64,000 nt of DNA from Cellvibrionaceae bacterium 1162T.S.0a.05 (lineage in GTDB: Bacteria; Pseudomonadota; Gammaproteobacteria; Pseudomonadales; Cellvibrionaceae): positions 1,700,392 to 1,764,391 of the forward strand of contig LANB01000001.1 of the NCBI GenBank assembly GCA_000964245.1, given 5' to 3'. The notes beneath the pieces were generated by a model that was not told the DNA's origin, searched no databases, and worked only from the letters and a program-made list of their open reading frames with translations. A program made the translations under genes and the position numbers. Position 1 is the first letter of the stretch. The number at the start of each line of letters is the position of its first letter. Shown piece by piece: positions 29,342-38,834 of the stretch.

Positions 29342-30283
29342 ATGTTTAATCTCATTCTAATTTTTATATTATTTGTATTGTCAGTGCTTAGCGTGACGAA
29401 AATAGCGAGCGCTGTACAGGAAAAAGAAGCCGCACCCGTGTTTAGATACGGAGGCTATTTAGGTCTGGCAGCAGCGACAGTGTGGTTGGCATTCAGCTGT
29501 GTGATGACCGTGCCTGCAGGCCACGTCAAAGTGGCTACGCTCTTTGGTAAAGTACTTGATAATACCTATAAAGAAGGGTTTCATGTCGTCAATCCGCTAC
29601 TCGACTTTACGGTATTTGACCTCCGCCAAAAAACGCATAAAGAAACGGCAGGCATTCCTGCTGAGGATAAGTTGATTACCCGTATGGATGTGTCTGTGCA
29701 ATATCGAACTATCGGTAGCATGGCACCAGACATACTGAGAAACACCGGTACGACAGAATCACTTATCCAGGTTCATATGATTCCCAAGTTGCGTTCAATC
29801 TTGAGAGAGCAGGGTAAAGGAGTGCCGATGTCACAGGATTTTTTCAAGGAGTCGATTCAAAGACAGCTACAAGAGAGTTTACAAGTTGGCTTGGCGGATT
29901 TTCTTGCGGATAAAGGTATTCAGGTTGAGACTGTGCTTATTCGTGAAGTGCAACTGCCAGAAGTGATTCGCACGGCGATTACCGAAACCAAAAAACGTGA
30001 ACAGGAAGTATTAAAGCAGCAAGCAGAATTGGAGCGTTTCGCGACAGAGCAAGATCAGAAAGTGAAACAAGCCGAATCAGAGTTAAAAGCTGCGAAGCTT
30101 GAAGCTCAGAAAATCAAGGAGTTAGCTGATGCTGAAGCCTACAAAATCAAGGTGATTAACGAAACCCTGGCGAAATCACCTAACTACATTGAATTAAAGC
30201 GTGTTGAGCAATGGAATGGCGTTCTGCCAGTATACGCAGGCGGAGAAAACATCCCGATGATTGACTTAAGAAAACCACGCTAA
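29342..30283 (+). CDS. SPFH/band-7 (prohibitin-like) membrane protein
   Basis: N-terminal TM helix, then the SPFH core (VPAGHVKVATLFGKV...FHVVNPLLDFTVFDLRQ) and a C-terminal coiled coil. Confidence 0.8.
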   Translation: MFNLILIFILFVLSVLSVTKIASAVQEKEAAPVFRYGGYLGLAAATVWLAFSCVMTVPAGHVKVATLFGKVLDNTYKEGFHVVNPLLDFTVFDLRQKTHKETAGIPAEDKLITRMDVSVQYRTIGSMAPDILRNTGTTESLIQVHMIPKLRSILREQGKGVPMSQDFFKESIQRQLQESLQVGLADFLADKGIQVETVLIREVQLPEVIRTAITETKKREQEVLKQQAELERFATEQDQKVKQAESELKAAKLEAQKIKELADAEAYKIKVINETLAKSPNYIELKRVEQWNGVLPVYAGGENIPMIDLRKPR

Positions 30284-30336
30284 CAATTACAGGAGCAGCC
30301 GCGCAGCGGTTGCTCTAAAGACCAAAAGGGAAATTT

Positions 30337-31023
30337 ATGTTTGCAATTCTCGTCACTGACAAAATGGATGTGTTCTACGGAAACATTACCAGCTTCCCCA
30401 CGGTCGTTTTCACCGTTTTACTTTTGTTTTGTTTTCTCTATTGGTTGGTTGCCGTCATTGGTTTGATCGACTTTGATTTTCTTGATTTCGATTTGCCGTC
30501 CGATGATATTGACCTGGGTGGAAACGATAGCCTCGAAAACGTGAATGTGCTGGCGGGCTTGCTGTTAAGGTTGGGCTTAAACGGTGTTCCCTTTCCCATT
30601 GTTTTTTCTATCATAACCATTATTGGCTGGCTAATCTGCTACTACGCGGTGTACTTTATTTTTCCGCTTGTGCCGGGCAGTGTACTCGAGTTTCTGGTCG
30701 GTATACCCATTCTTATAGCAACGTTTTATTTCAGTGCGTTAATTACCGGGAAAATCATTAAGCCACTCAAGTCTATATTTCGAGCTGCCAATCAGGAAGT
30801 TCAGAAAACCATCCTGGGAAAAGTTGCCATTGTTCGTACAGCAAGAGTGGATGCAGATTTTGGTGAAGCGGTTGTGGAAGATGGGGGTGCAGGTCTCATA
30901 GTGAAGGTAAGGCCGTACAAAAAACAAACCTTTACGCGCGGCGACCGTGTTGTATTACTGGAACACGTACGGGAAGAAAATATTTATAAAGTGATATCAG
31001 AACAAGAATTTAGCGATTCTTAA
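30337..31023 (+). CDS. NfeD/YqiJ-like membrane protein with a C-terminal OB-fold (flotillin partner)
   Basis: Multi-TM N-terminal half with an acidic DFDFLDFDLPSDDIDLGG loop. The C-terminal GKVAIVRTARVDADFGEAVVEDGGAGLIVKVRP is an NfeD-type OB fold. It sits immediately upstream of flotillin, as yqiJ does with yqiK. Confidence 0.6.
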   Translation: MFAILVTDKMDVFYGNITSFPTVVFTVLLLFCFLYWLVAVIGLIDFDFLDFDLPSDDIDLGGNDSLENVNVLAGLLLRLGLNGVPFPIVFSIITIIGWLICYYAVYFIFPLVPGSVLEFLVGIPILIATFYFSALITGKIIKPLKSIFRAANQEVQKTILGKVAIVRTARVDADFGEAVVEDGGAGLIVKVRPYKKQTFTRGDRVVLLEHVREENIYKVISEQEFSDS

Positions 31024-31036
31024 AAGGAGAAAAGAA

Positions 31037-32965
31037 ATGTCAGAATATATTGGCGCATTGGGAGGCATAATGGTGGCGGTTTTTGCCATCTTTATATTTC
31101 TCGTGGTTGTGGCTGCGCTGTTTAAATCTTTCTATGTAAAGGTTGAGCAGGGCACCGCGTTAATTAAAAACGACCTTAGCACTCGTCCAAAAGTGTTTTT
31201 TACTGGTGCCTGGATTATTCCTGTCATCCATAAAAAGGAATTAATGCGTATCTCCTTGATTACCATGGAGGTCGATCGGCGAGGTAAAGATGGCTTGATC
31301 TGTAAGGACAATATGCGGGCGGATATCACGGTTGCGTTTTACCTGCGAGTCAATGAAACACCTGAAGATGTACTCAAAGTCGCCAAGTCACTCGGCTCCA
31401 GTCGCGCATCAAATAAAGATGCCGTAAATGAACTCTTCAATGCCAAATTTTCTGAGGCGTTGAAAACAGTGGGTAAGCGCTTTGACTTTGTGAACCTTTT
31501 TGAAAATCGTCAGGAGTTTCGCGACGCGATCATCGAAGTTATCGGCAACGACTTGAACGGTTACGTACTGGAAGACGTTGCAATTGATTATCTGGAGCAA
31601 ACGCCAAAAGTCTCACTGGACCCAAGCAATATTCTTGATGCAGAGGGTATTCGCAAGATCACTGAACTGACAGCGACTCAAAATGTACAAACCAATAATT
31701 ATGAGCGTGACGAAGAGCTCGCAATTAAGAAGAAAAACGTAGAAACCGTTGAAGCGATGCTGGAACTCGAACGCCAGCAGGCAGATGCGGAAGCCAAACA
31801 GCAACGTGAAATTGCCACCATTCAAGCGCGAGAAGAAGCGGAAACCATTAAAGTTCAGGAAGAAGAACGCAAAAAATCCTCTTCAGCAACCATCCAGGTT
31901 GACCAGGATCTCGCCGTACAAAAAGAAAATCAACAGCGTGAAATCGAAGTGGCCGAACAAAATCGCCAACGTGCAGTGGTTATTGAGGTCGAAAAAGTCA
32001 CGCGCGCACGAGATCTTGAAATTGTCGCCCGTGAACGCGAGGTCGAACTGCAACGTATTGATGCAGAAAAAGCAGTTGAAGTTGAGAAGAAAGAAATTGC
32101 CAATGTCATTCGGGAACGTGTTGCGGTTGATAAAACGGTTGCGATTGAAGAAGAGCGTATCAAGGAAGTGCGTGAAGTGTCTGAAGCAGATCGCCTGAAG
32201 CAAACCCAGGTATTGGCAGCAGAAGCTAAAGCGGAAGAAGAGAAAGTTAAACGTGTGAAAGAAGCGGAAGCTGAAGAGATTGCAGCGAAGCATAAAGCGG
32301 TTGAGGTCACCACTATCGCGCAGGCCGATCTCGAAGCGGCTGCGAAAGAAGCCGATGCCAAGAAGAAACTTGCAGAAGGTGTACAGGCTGAACGTGCAGC
32401 GCCGGGGCTTGCGGATGCCAAAGTGCAGGAAGCTAAAGCGGATGCGCTAGAGAAAGAAGGCCTTGCTGAAGCGAAAGTGATTGCATCAAAAGGTCAGAGC
32501 GAAGCGGAAGTGATTGCTGCGAAAGGCGATGCCGAGGCGCGTGCTACGAAAGAAACAGGTCTTGCGGGTGCTGAAGTTATTCGTCAGAAGTTCAAAGCGG
32601 AAGCGGACGGCCTTGTAGATAAATTCGAAGCGATGGGCACTATGAGTGATCAGGCGCGTAATCACGAAGAATTCCGTATGGCGCTGGAAACAGCTCTCAA
32701 GGAAGCGCTGGCCTCGATTGAAGCGGGTAAGGAAATCGCGAAGGAAAATGCCGAAGTGCTGGCCACAGCGCTGCAAAAAGCGAAGATCGATATTGTCGGT
32801 GGAGAAGATCACTTCTTCGATAACTTTGCGAAATCGCTTTCCATTGGTAAAGCGGTCGACGGGTTGGCCAACAAGAGCAGCACGATTTCGACTTTGTTGG
32901 AAAAAGTGATGGCCTTCTCTGCGGGTGCGCAGGCTACGAAAAGCTCCGATTTGGAAACCCAATAA
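31037..32965 (+). CDS. Flotillin-family protein (YqiK-like)
   Basis: N-terminal TM and SPFH domain (VEQGTALIKNDLSTRPKVFFTGAWIIPVIHK...), then a very long E/A/K-rich coiled-coil tail. 642 aa. Confidence 0.85.
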   Translation: MSEYIGALGGIMVAVFAIFIFLVVVAALFKSFYVKVEQGTALIKNDLSTRPKVFFTGAWIIPVIHKKELMRISLITMEVDRRGKDGLICKDNMRADITVAFYLRVNETPEDVLKVAKSLGSSRASNKDAVNELFNAKFSEALKTVGKRFDFVNLFENRQEFRDAIIEVIGNDLNGYVLEDVAIDYLEQTPKVSLDPSNILDAEGIRKITELTATQNVQTNNYERDEELAIKKKNVETVEAMLELERQQADAEAKQQREIATIQAREEAETIKVQEEERKKSSSATIQVDQDLAVQKENQQREIEVAEQNRQRAVVIEVEKVTRARDLEIVAREREVELQRIDAEKAVEVEKKEIANVIRERVAVDKTVAIEEERIKEVREVSEADRLKQTQVLAAEAKAEEEKVKRVKEAEAEEIAAKHKAVEVTTIAQADLEAAAKEADAKKKLAEGVQAERAAPGLADAKVQEAKADALEKEGLAEAKVIASKGQSEAEVIAAKGDAEARATKETGLAGAEVIRQKFKAEADGLVDKFEAMGTMSDQARNHEEFRMALETALKEALASIEAGKEIAKENAEVLATALQKAKIDIVGGEDHFFDNFAKSLSIGKAVDGLANKSSTISTLLEKVMAFSAGAQATKSSDLETQ

Positions 32966-32996
32966 AAATTAACTCAAAACCTCGTAAGGAATTAGC

Positions 32997-33488
32997 ATGA
33001 AAACTCTAGTGAAAATTAGCCTTTTACTCATTCTGTCAGTGCCGGTATTTGCTGCAGATAACGAAAAGGCCGCACGCGCCGAACTGGATAAAATGTTCGA
33101 ACTAACGAATATGACTGCAATGGTCGATCAAATGTACGCCCAAATTGGGAATATGTGGCAACAAATGGCGGCGCAGCAAAATATTCCTGCTGACAAAGCG
33201 GGTGTCACTAAAAAATATTTTGAGAGACTCGAAGCCATAATGCGTGAAGACATGAGCTGGGAAAAAATGAAAGAACCAATGATGCAGGTCTACATTCGCG
33301 CTTTCAGTCTTGAAGAAATAAAAGCCATGAATGAATTCTACGAAACACCGGCAGGTTCTGCGATGTTGAAAAAAATGCCCCAGGTCATGCAGGAAAGCAT
33401 GATGGTGGGTCAACAACTTGCACAAGCAATGATGCCTAAAATCCAGGCTTTATCGCAGGAAATGTCTGCCGAACTGCAAGCGAAATAA
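32997..33488 (+). CDS. Periplasmic DUF2059-like protein
   Basis: Signal peptide and Met/Gln-rich helices (FYETPAGSAMLKKMPQVMQESMM). Confidence 0.55.
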   Translation: MKTLVKISLLLILSVPVFAADNEKAARAELDKMFELTNMTAMVDQMYAQIGNMWQQMAAQQNIPADKAGVTKKYFERLEAIMREDMSWEKMKEPMMQVYIRAFSLEEIKAMNEFYETPAGSAMLKKMPQVMQESMMVGQQLAQAMMPKIQALSQEMSAELQAK

Positions 33489-33512
33489 AGTCAACAGAAA
33501 AAGGAAGCTCAG

Positions 33513-36500
33513 GTGTCAATAGAACGGGAAAGCGCACAAGTCGATCAAGCCGTTGCTGAAGGTGGCGCATACGAGGTTCTGCGCAAGCGCTTGCTTGAGC
33601 AGGGTACAGCGCTGGAGACTGCGATCAAAGCGCTCAATACAGCACGGCTGGATGAATTTGGTTCGTCAGATATGGAAGTCTGCGCGCGGGTTCGTATCCG
33701 CACGGAGAACAATTGTGTAGCGCGTGACATTGTCCAGGTTGGCCCTTTGCTTCTTTTTGGTTACAACGTTTTTATCGGTTTAAAAAAAGAAACACGCGTA
33801 GAGGATGTTTTTTCTGTTTTTTCACTAAAGGGTGAGGGAAAGGACCTGACGCTTGAAGAGGTCAAAGCAGAAAACTGCTTCCTGGCAAACAAGGCCTTCC
33901 GCAAAGACTTTAAAGAACTTTATCATTATTACAGCCAAACCAAATTGCTGGAGCTCACTGTCAAGGACGGCAAATTATTGATGGGCTTTCAAATCGGCGA
34001 GCGCCTGGAAGACCAGCGTGTTTTCCGTTGGGCATTTTCTCCAGACGGCACACAACTGGAATACATTGATAATCGCGGTGAGCGTGATATCGCGTTGCCA
34101 CCTTCCTATGATTTTGAATGGTTGAAACTCGGCCGTGACGATACCGTACATGGCAAACACGCGCATGTGAATGTGCTCGACAAGGTTTTTGTTGAAACAA
34201 CACGCGGCGATCTTACCATCAAAATTGAAAACAATACTGAAAGTGGATTGGGTATTTACAGCGAAGCGGTCGAAGAACCAAACCAATCCATAGACGACGC
34301 TGAATATTATTACGCTGCACTGGGGGATTTGATTCTTTTAAAAATCTTACCCTACAAAGAAGATCACTTCCGTTATTTTATTTTTAATACCCTAACGAAT
34401 GATATCCGCCGGCTTGATGCCATTGGCGGTTCTTGTGTGCAGCTCCCGGAAGATCACGGCGTGGTTTTTCCAGGTGGTTATTACTTGCAAAGTGGTGAAT
34501 ACAAAACCTTCGATAGCAATAGCGAAAACCTTCGTTTCAAACGGGTATTGAAATCGCCCAACGGCGAAGATGTACTTTACGTTTTCTACGAGCCTGAAAA
34601 GGGTATTTGCGGCCTGTTTGCTTACAACATGATCAATAAGAGCTTGCAAAACCCGATTTACGGGCATGGCTACGCGCTCAGAAACGACGGCAAGCTCATC
34701 ATATTTTCAGCCGAAAAAGAGGCGACACGTGTTCACCCCATGCAAATTTGGGAAACACCCTATTTCAGTGACGAGTACGCGAGCACCCAGCCCGCGAGTC
34801 AAAGTTACTATGGCCGTATTGGTAACGCTGCTCTGGTCCGAGGCATATCTGACGTTCTGTCTGTTGTCCGCATGATTAAAAACCAGAGTGTTAGCTCGCG
34901 GCTTTACGAAGAAATGGCCAGAGCCTCGCTCAAGGTGTTTGATGATCACTATTGGTTAGCGGAAGATGAATGTGCGGAAATTCAGGCACAGCTCAAAGAC
35001 ATTGCTTCGAGCGCCAATCTTGCAATTGATGAATTTGAGAAAGTCAAAAGCATTCAAAAACAAAGTGCACAGGCACTAAGAGAAGCGGATAGCAAACAGA
35101 AGGCGCTGGTATCGCGCATTCGCACAGCGAGTTGGGAAAATGCAGAAGACTATGTGAAAGCGCTCGATGAATGTCGCCACCAGCGTGGTCGTCTGGCAAC
35201 AATTAAAGATTACCGTTATATCGATCTCGAAAAAATCGGCGCGCTGGATGAAGAAATTGCTGAAGTCCAGGAGCAGCTTGGTGTTAAAACGATAGAATTT
35301 CTGAGCGCTGGCGATGCGCTAGCGCCCTACCTGGAAAAAATCAGTGGCATCGACAGTGAGGTGCAAGAAGCAGAAACGATTGCAACGCTAACCCCCTTGG
35401 TTGAGCAGATCGAAAACATTGCCTCTGGTCTGGACTTGCTGTCGGAATTACTTGCGAGCTTACAAGTTGGTGATACCACAGTACGCACCCGCATCGTCGA
35501 CAGCATCTCTGAAGTGTATGCGAAGCTGAACCAGAGTAAGGCGCAAGCACAACACAAGCAAAAAAATCTTGGCTCCGAAGAGGCCATCGCACAATTTGCC
35601 GCGCAATTTAAGTTGTTCTCACAAAGCATTACCAATGCCTTGGGTTTGGCAACAAGCCCGGAAGCTTGCGACGAGCAAATGTCGCGCTTGCTCATTCAGC
35701 TGGAAGAACTTGAAAGCCAATTCAGTGAATACGAACAATTCCTCGCAGATATTATGGAAAAGCGCGAGGAAATTTACGAAACCTTTGAAAGTCACAAGCA
35801 AAAATTGTTAGACGATTGTCAGCGGCGCGCGCAAGGCATTGCTGATGCGGCAGACAGGGTTCTGAGCAGTATTCAGCGGCGCAGCCAAAAATTTACCGAC
35901 CAGGATGAGCTCAATACCTATTTTGCTTCTGATGCTCTGGTGCTCAAGGTACGTGAATTCGTTGCGCAATTGCACAAACTGGATGCCAGTGTAAGCGCTG
36001 AAGACATCGATGCCCGTTTTAAAGCCCTGAAAGAACAAAGCATCCGAATTTTGCGTGATAAAAGTGATATTTACGAAGAGGGCGGTGCGGTTATCAAGTT
36101 GGGGCCGCGTCATAAATTTTCGGTGAATACCCAGGAGCTGGATCTCACCATCATACCCCGCAAAGATGCACTCTTTATTCATTTATCGGGAACAGATTAC
36201 TACCAGCGCATTGAGCATGAAGAGCTCAACGCGTTAAAACCCTGGTGGCATGTCAATCTGGAATCAGAAAGCGACGAGGTGTATCGCGCAGAATATCTGG
36301 CTGCCAGTATTTTGTGGGCAGCCCAATCCCGGCGCGATGATCTGGATATGGAGACCTTGCGTCTTGCCAGCTCAGACGACAAAGCGTTGAATAAACTTTG
36401 CCGAAATTTTGCCGCGCCACGCTACAAGGAAGGCTATGAAAAAGGCATACACGACCACGATGCTGCGCGGATTCTTTCTGCTCTTATTCCTGCAATGGAA

Positions 36501-38831
36501 AGTGCAGACTTGCTGCGTTTTGATCCGCAATGCCGGGGTTTTGCTCAGGTATTTTGGGCAAACATTGAAAGAATTTCGGCAGAACTAAAGAACAAACGCC
36601 TCACGTTTGAGACCTGGGTTGAGCGCGCGCAATCAGCACATCAGATGCAAGCTCAGCTACAAAGCCGCGACGCCGCTGAATTGCTCGCAGAAGAAGTGTT
36701 TGCAGCAATGCAGGAGTTTATCGCCTATCACCCCTTTGACCTCAGCGAACTGGAGTTAAAACGTGCTGCTGATTATCTTGTGGCTGAGTTGGGCGAGGAC
36801 CGACCGCAATTTGTTGGCTCAAAATATGCGAGAACACTGGCAGATGAATTAAAACGCTCATTGAATGATGAAAGCTGGCGGCAATTTCAAACCGCACTGA
36901 AGAAAATGCAGGGTTGGCCAGCAGAACGTTGGAAGCTCAGTTGTGCCTGGTTGAAAGCGATGGTCAAGGAGCGGAACCTGGAATCCTTGATGCGCTATGT
37001 CCCCGAAGCGGCAGCACTGATCAATGCAGACGAACGGATCGAACGACGCCCCTCGGAAGTGGATTTGGAATTAAATGTTGAAAAGCTCCTTGGGGATCAC
37101 AAACGTATCCAGAACCAATGTTTGCAACTAGGCGTCGATGAATTCCTTTTGCGTATGCACAAACATCGCAATGAATTTATTCCATCCTACCAGCGCTTTC
37201 ATCACTTGCGTCAGCGCATTGCCGATGAACAAAAGGCCCGCTTGCGCTTGCAGGAATTCAAAGCCAGGCCCTTGAGCTCGTTCGTACGCAACAAACTGAT
37301 TAACGAAGCCTACCTGCCTATTATTGGCGACAACCTGGCAAAACAAATGGGAACGGTCGGCGACAGTAAGCGCACGGATTTGATGGGCTTATTAATGATG
37401 ATCTCGCCTCCCGGCTACGGTAAAACCACATTAATGGAATATGTGGCGAGCCGCCTGGGATTGATATTCATGAAAATAAATTGCCCGGCCCTTGGACATG
37501 ATGTGCTATCACTGGACCCACAACAAGCGCCAAACGCAACGGCGGCTCAGGAGTTGAACAAACTCAATCTGGGTCTTGAAATGGGCAACAATGTCATGCT
37601 GTATCTGGATGATATTCAACATACTCATCCGGAATTTCTGCAAAAATTTATTTCTCTTTGCGATGGTACGCGCCGTATAGAAGGGGTATGGGACGGTCAA
37701 ACAAAAACCTACGATATGCGTGGCAAAAAATTCTGCGTTGTTATGGCCGGTAACCCCTACACCGAGTCTGGGGAAGTGTTCAAAATTCCGGACATGTTGG
37801 CTAACCGCGCCGACATTTATAATCTTGGTGATATTCTGGGCGGCATGGATGAGGCGTTCGCACTCAGTTATGTGGAGAACAGCCTAACATCAAACTCCGT
37901 GCTCGCGCCTCTCGCGACTCGGGATTTGAAAGACGTGTACCTTTTTGCGCGCATGGCACAAGGTGAAGATGTCGCGACCACAGATCTGAGCCATCAGTAT
38001 TCAGCGGCAGAAATCGGTGAAATTGTCGATGTCCTGAAAAAACTTTTCATGATTCGCGATGTCGTGTTGAAAATTAATCAACAATACATCGCCTCCGCAG
38101 CACAAGCGGACAAGTATCGCGTAGAGCCGCCCTTTAAACTGCAAGGTAGCTATCGCAACATGAATAAAATGGCAGAAAAGGTTTCTGCCATCATGAATGA
38201 AAAAGAACTTCAACAACTTATTGAAGATCATTACCTCGGTGAAGCACAGTTATTAACAACAGGTGCCGAAGAAAACCTGTTGAAACTGATGGAATTGCGC
38301 GGCGTTCTTCAAGGTGAAAAAGCGCAACGTTGGCAAGCCATTAAGAAAGATTTCTTGCGCGTTAAATCTCTTGGTGGAGACGACGCAGATACCGGAACCA
38401 AAATCATAACGCAGCTCGGCGTGTTGGGTGAAAGCTTGAATAGCATTGCTGTGGCTACCCAGCGAGCGGGCAAGGATTTTGGTAAGGCGGTGAGTAAAAC
38501 AGACAAAAGTCGTGATCATGCTGCTATGGATTCAAGAGTGGCGGACGCATTACTCGCCTTAAAATCCGTAATCGAGAAAATTGAATCAACAACAAAAAAT
38601 ACGCCACCTCCCAAGGTTGAAGTTATCAATCAACCCGTACCTGGCGTTGATAAAATATTGAGAGTGTTGGCAAAAACTATCGAAGGAACAATCTTTCCAC
38701 TGGTTCGCAGTATGGATAAGAAGCTGGAAATCGACCTGCGAACCCATGAAAAAATGTCTGAAGTTTCGAACCAACTCAGAGAACTGGAAAAGGAAGTTCG
38801 TACAGGTAGTTTTGAAAAAGGTCAGTCCTGA
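33513..38831 (+). CDS. Giant (1772 aa) protein with an N-terminal beta-rich domain, a long coiled coil and a C-terminal MoxR/AAA_5-like ATPase domain
   Basis: GTG start with an AGGAAG RBS. Walker A MMISPPGYGKTTLM, Walker B MLYLDDIQH and the MoxR-like sensor block VVMAGNPYTESGEVFKIPDMLANRADIYNLGD are present. About 600 aa of heptad-rich helix precede the ATPase. Confidence 0.8.
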   Translation: MSIERESAQVDQAVAEGGAYEVLRKRLLEQGTALETAIKALNTARLDEFGSSDMEVCARVRIRTENNCVARDIVQVGPLLLFGYNVFIGLKKETRVEDVFSVFSLKGEGKDLTLEEVKAENCFLANKAFRKDFKELYHYYSQTKLLELTVKDGKLLMGFQIGERLEDQRVFRWAFSPDGTQLEYIDNRGERDIALPPSYDFEWLKLGRDDTVHGKHAHVNVLDKVFVETTRGDLTIKIENNTESGLGIYSEAVEEPNQSIDDAEYYYAALGDLILLKILPYKEDHFRYFIFNTLTNDIRRLDAIGGSCVQLPEDHGVVFPGGYYLQSGEYKTFDSNSENLRFKRVLKSPNGEDVLYVFYEPEKGICGLFAYNMINKSLQNPIYGHGYALRNDGKLIIFSAEKEATRVHPMQIWETPYFSDEYASTQPASQSYYGRIGNAALVRGISDVLSVVRMIKNQSVSSRLYEEMARASLKVFDDHYWLAEDECAEIQAQLKDIASSANLAIDEFEKVKSIQKQSAQALREADSKQKALVSRIRTASWENAEDYVKALDECRHQRGRLATIKDYRYIDLEKIGALDEEIAEVQEQLGVKTIEFLSAGDALAPYLEKISGIDSEVQEAETIATLTPLVEQIENIASGLDLLSELLASLQVGDTTVRTRIVDSISEVYAKLNQSKAQAQHKQKNLGSEEAIAQFAAQFKLFSQSITNALGLATSPEACDEQMSRLLIQLEELESQFSEYEQFLADIMEKREEIYETFESHKQKLLDDCQRRAQGIADAADRVLSSIQRRSQKFTDQDELNTYFASDALVLKVREFVAQLHKLDASVSAEDIDARFKALKEQSIRILRDKSDIYEEGGAVIKLGPRHKFSVNTQELDLTIIPRKDALFIHLSGTDYYQRIEHEELNALKPWWHVNLESESDEVYRAEYLAASILWAAQSRRDDLDMETLRLASSDDKALNKLCRNFAAPRYKEGYEKGIHDHDAARILSALIPAMESADLLRFDPQCRGFAQVFWANIERISAELKNKRLTFETWVERAQSAHQMQAQLQSRDAAELLAEEVFAAMQEFIAYHPFDLSELELKRAADYLVAELGEDRPQFVGSKYARTLADELKRSLNDESWRQFQTALKKMQGWPAERWKLSCAWLKAMVKERNLESLMRYVPEAAALINADERIERRPSEVDLELNVEKLLGDHKRIQNQCLQLGVDEFLLRMHKHRNEFIPSYQRFHHLRQRIADEQKARLRLQEFKARPLSSFVRNKLINEAYLPIIGDNLAKQMGTVGDSKRTDLMGLLMMISPPGYGKTTLMEYVASRLGLIFMKINCPALGHDVLSLDPQQAPNATAAQELNKLNLGLEMGNNVMLYLDDIQHTHPEFLQKFISLCDGTRRIEGVWDGQTKTYDMRGKKFCVVMAGNPYTESGEVFKIPDMLANRADIYNLGDILGGMDEAFALSYVENSLTSNSVLAPLATRDLKDVYLFARMAQGEDVATTDLSHQYSAAEIGEIVDVLKKLFMIRDVVLKINQQYIASAAQADKYRVEPPFKLQGSYRNMNKMAEKVSAIMNEKELQQLIEDHYLGEAQLLTTGAEENLLKLMELRGVLQGEKAQRWQAIKKDFLRVKSLGGDDADTGTKIITQLGVLGESLNSIAVATQRAGKDFGKAVSKTDKSRDHAAMDSRVADALLALKSVIEKIESTTKNTPPPKVEVINQPVPGVDKILRVLAKTIEGTIFPLVRSMDKKLEIDLRTHEKMSEVSNQLRELEKEVRTGSFEKGQS

Positions 38832-38834
38832 TCT

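Noticed and set aside
31749-32962. Lys-rich and Ser/Ala-rich ORFs (31749-32198 plus, 31930-32421 minus, 32486-32962 minus, 32646-32909 plus) inside flotillin
   Set aside because: They are produced by the GAA/GCG/AAA-rich coiled-coil-coding repeat of the flotillin tail read in other frames.
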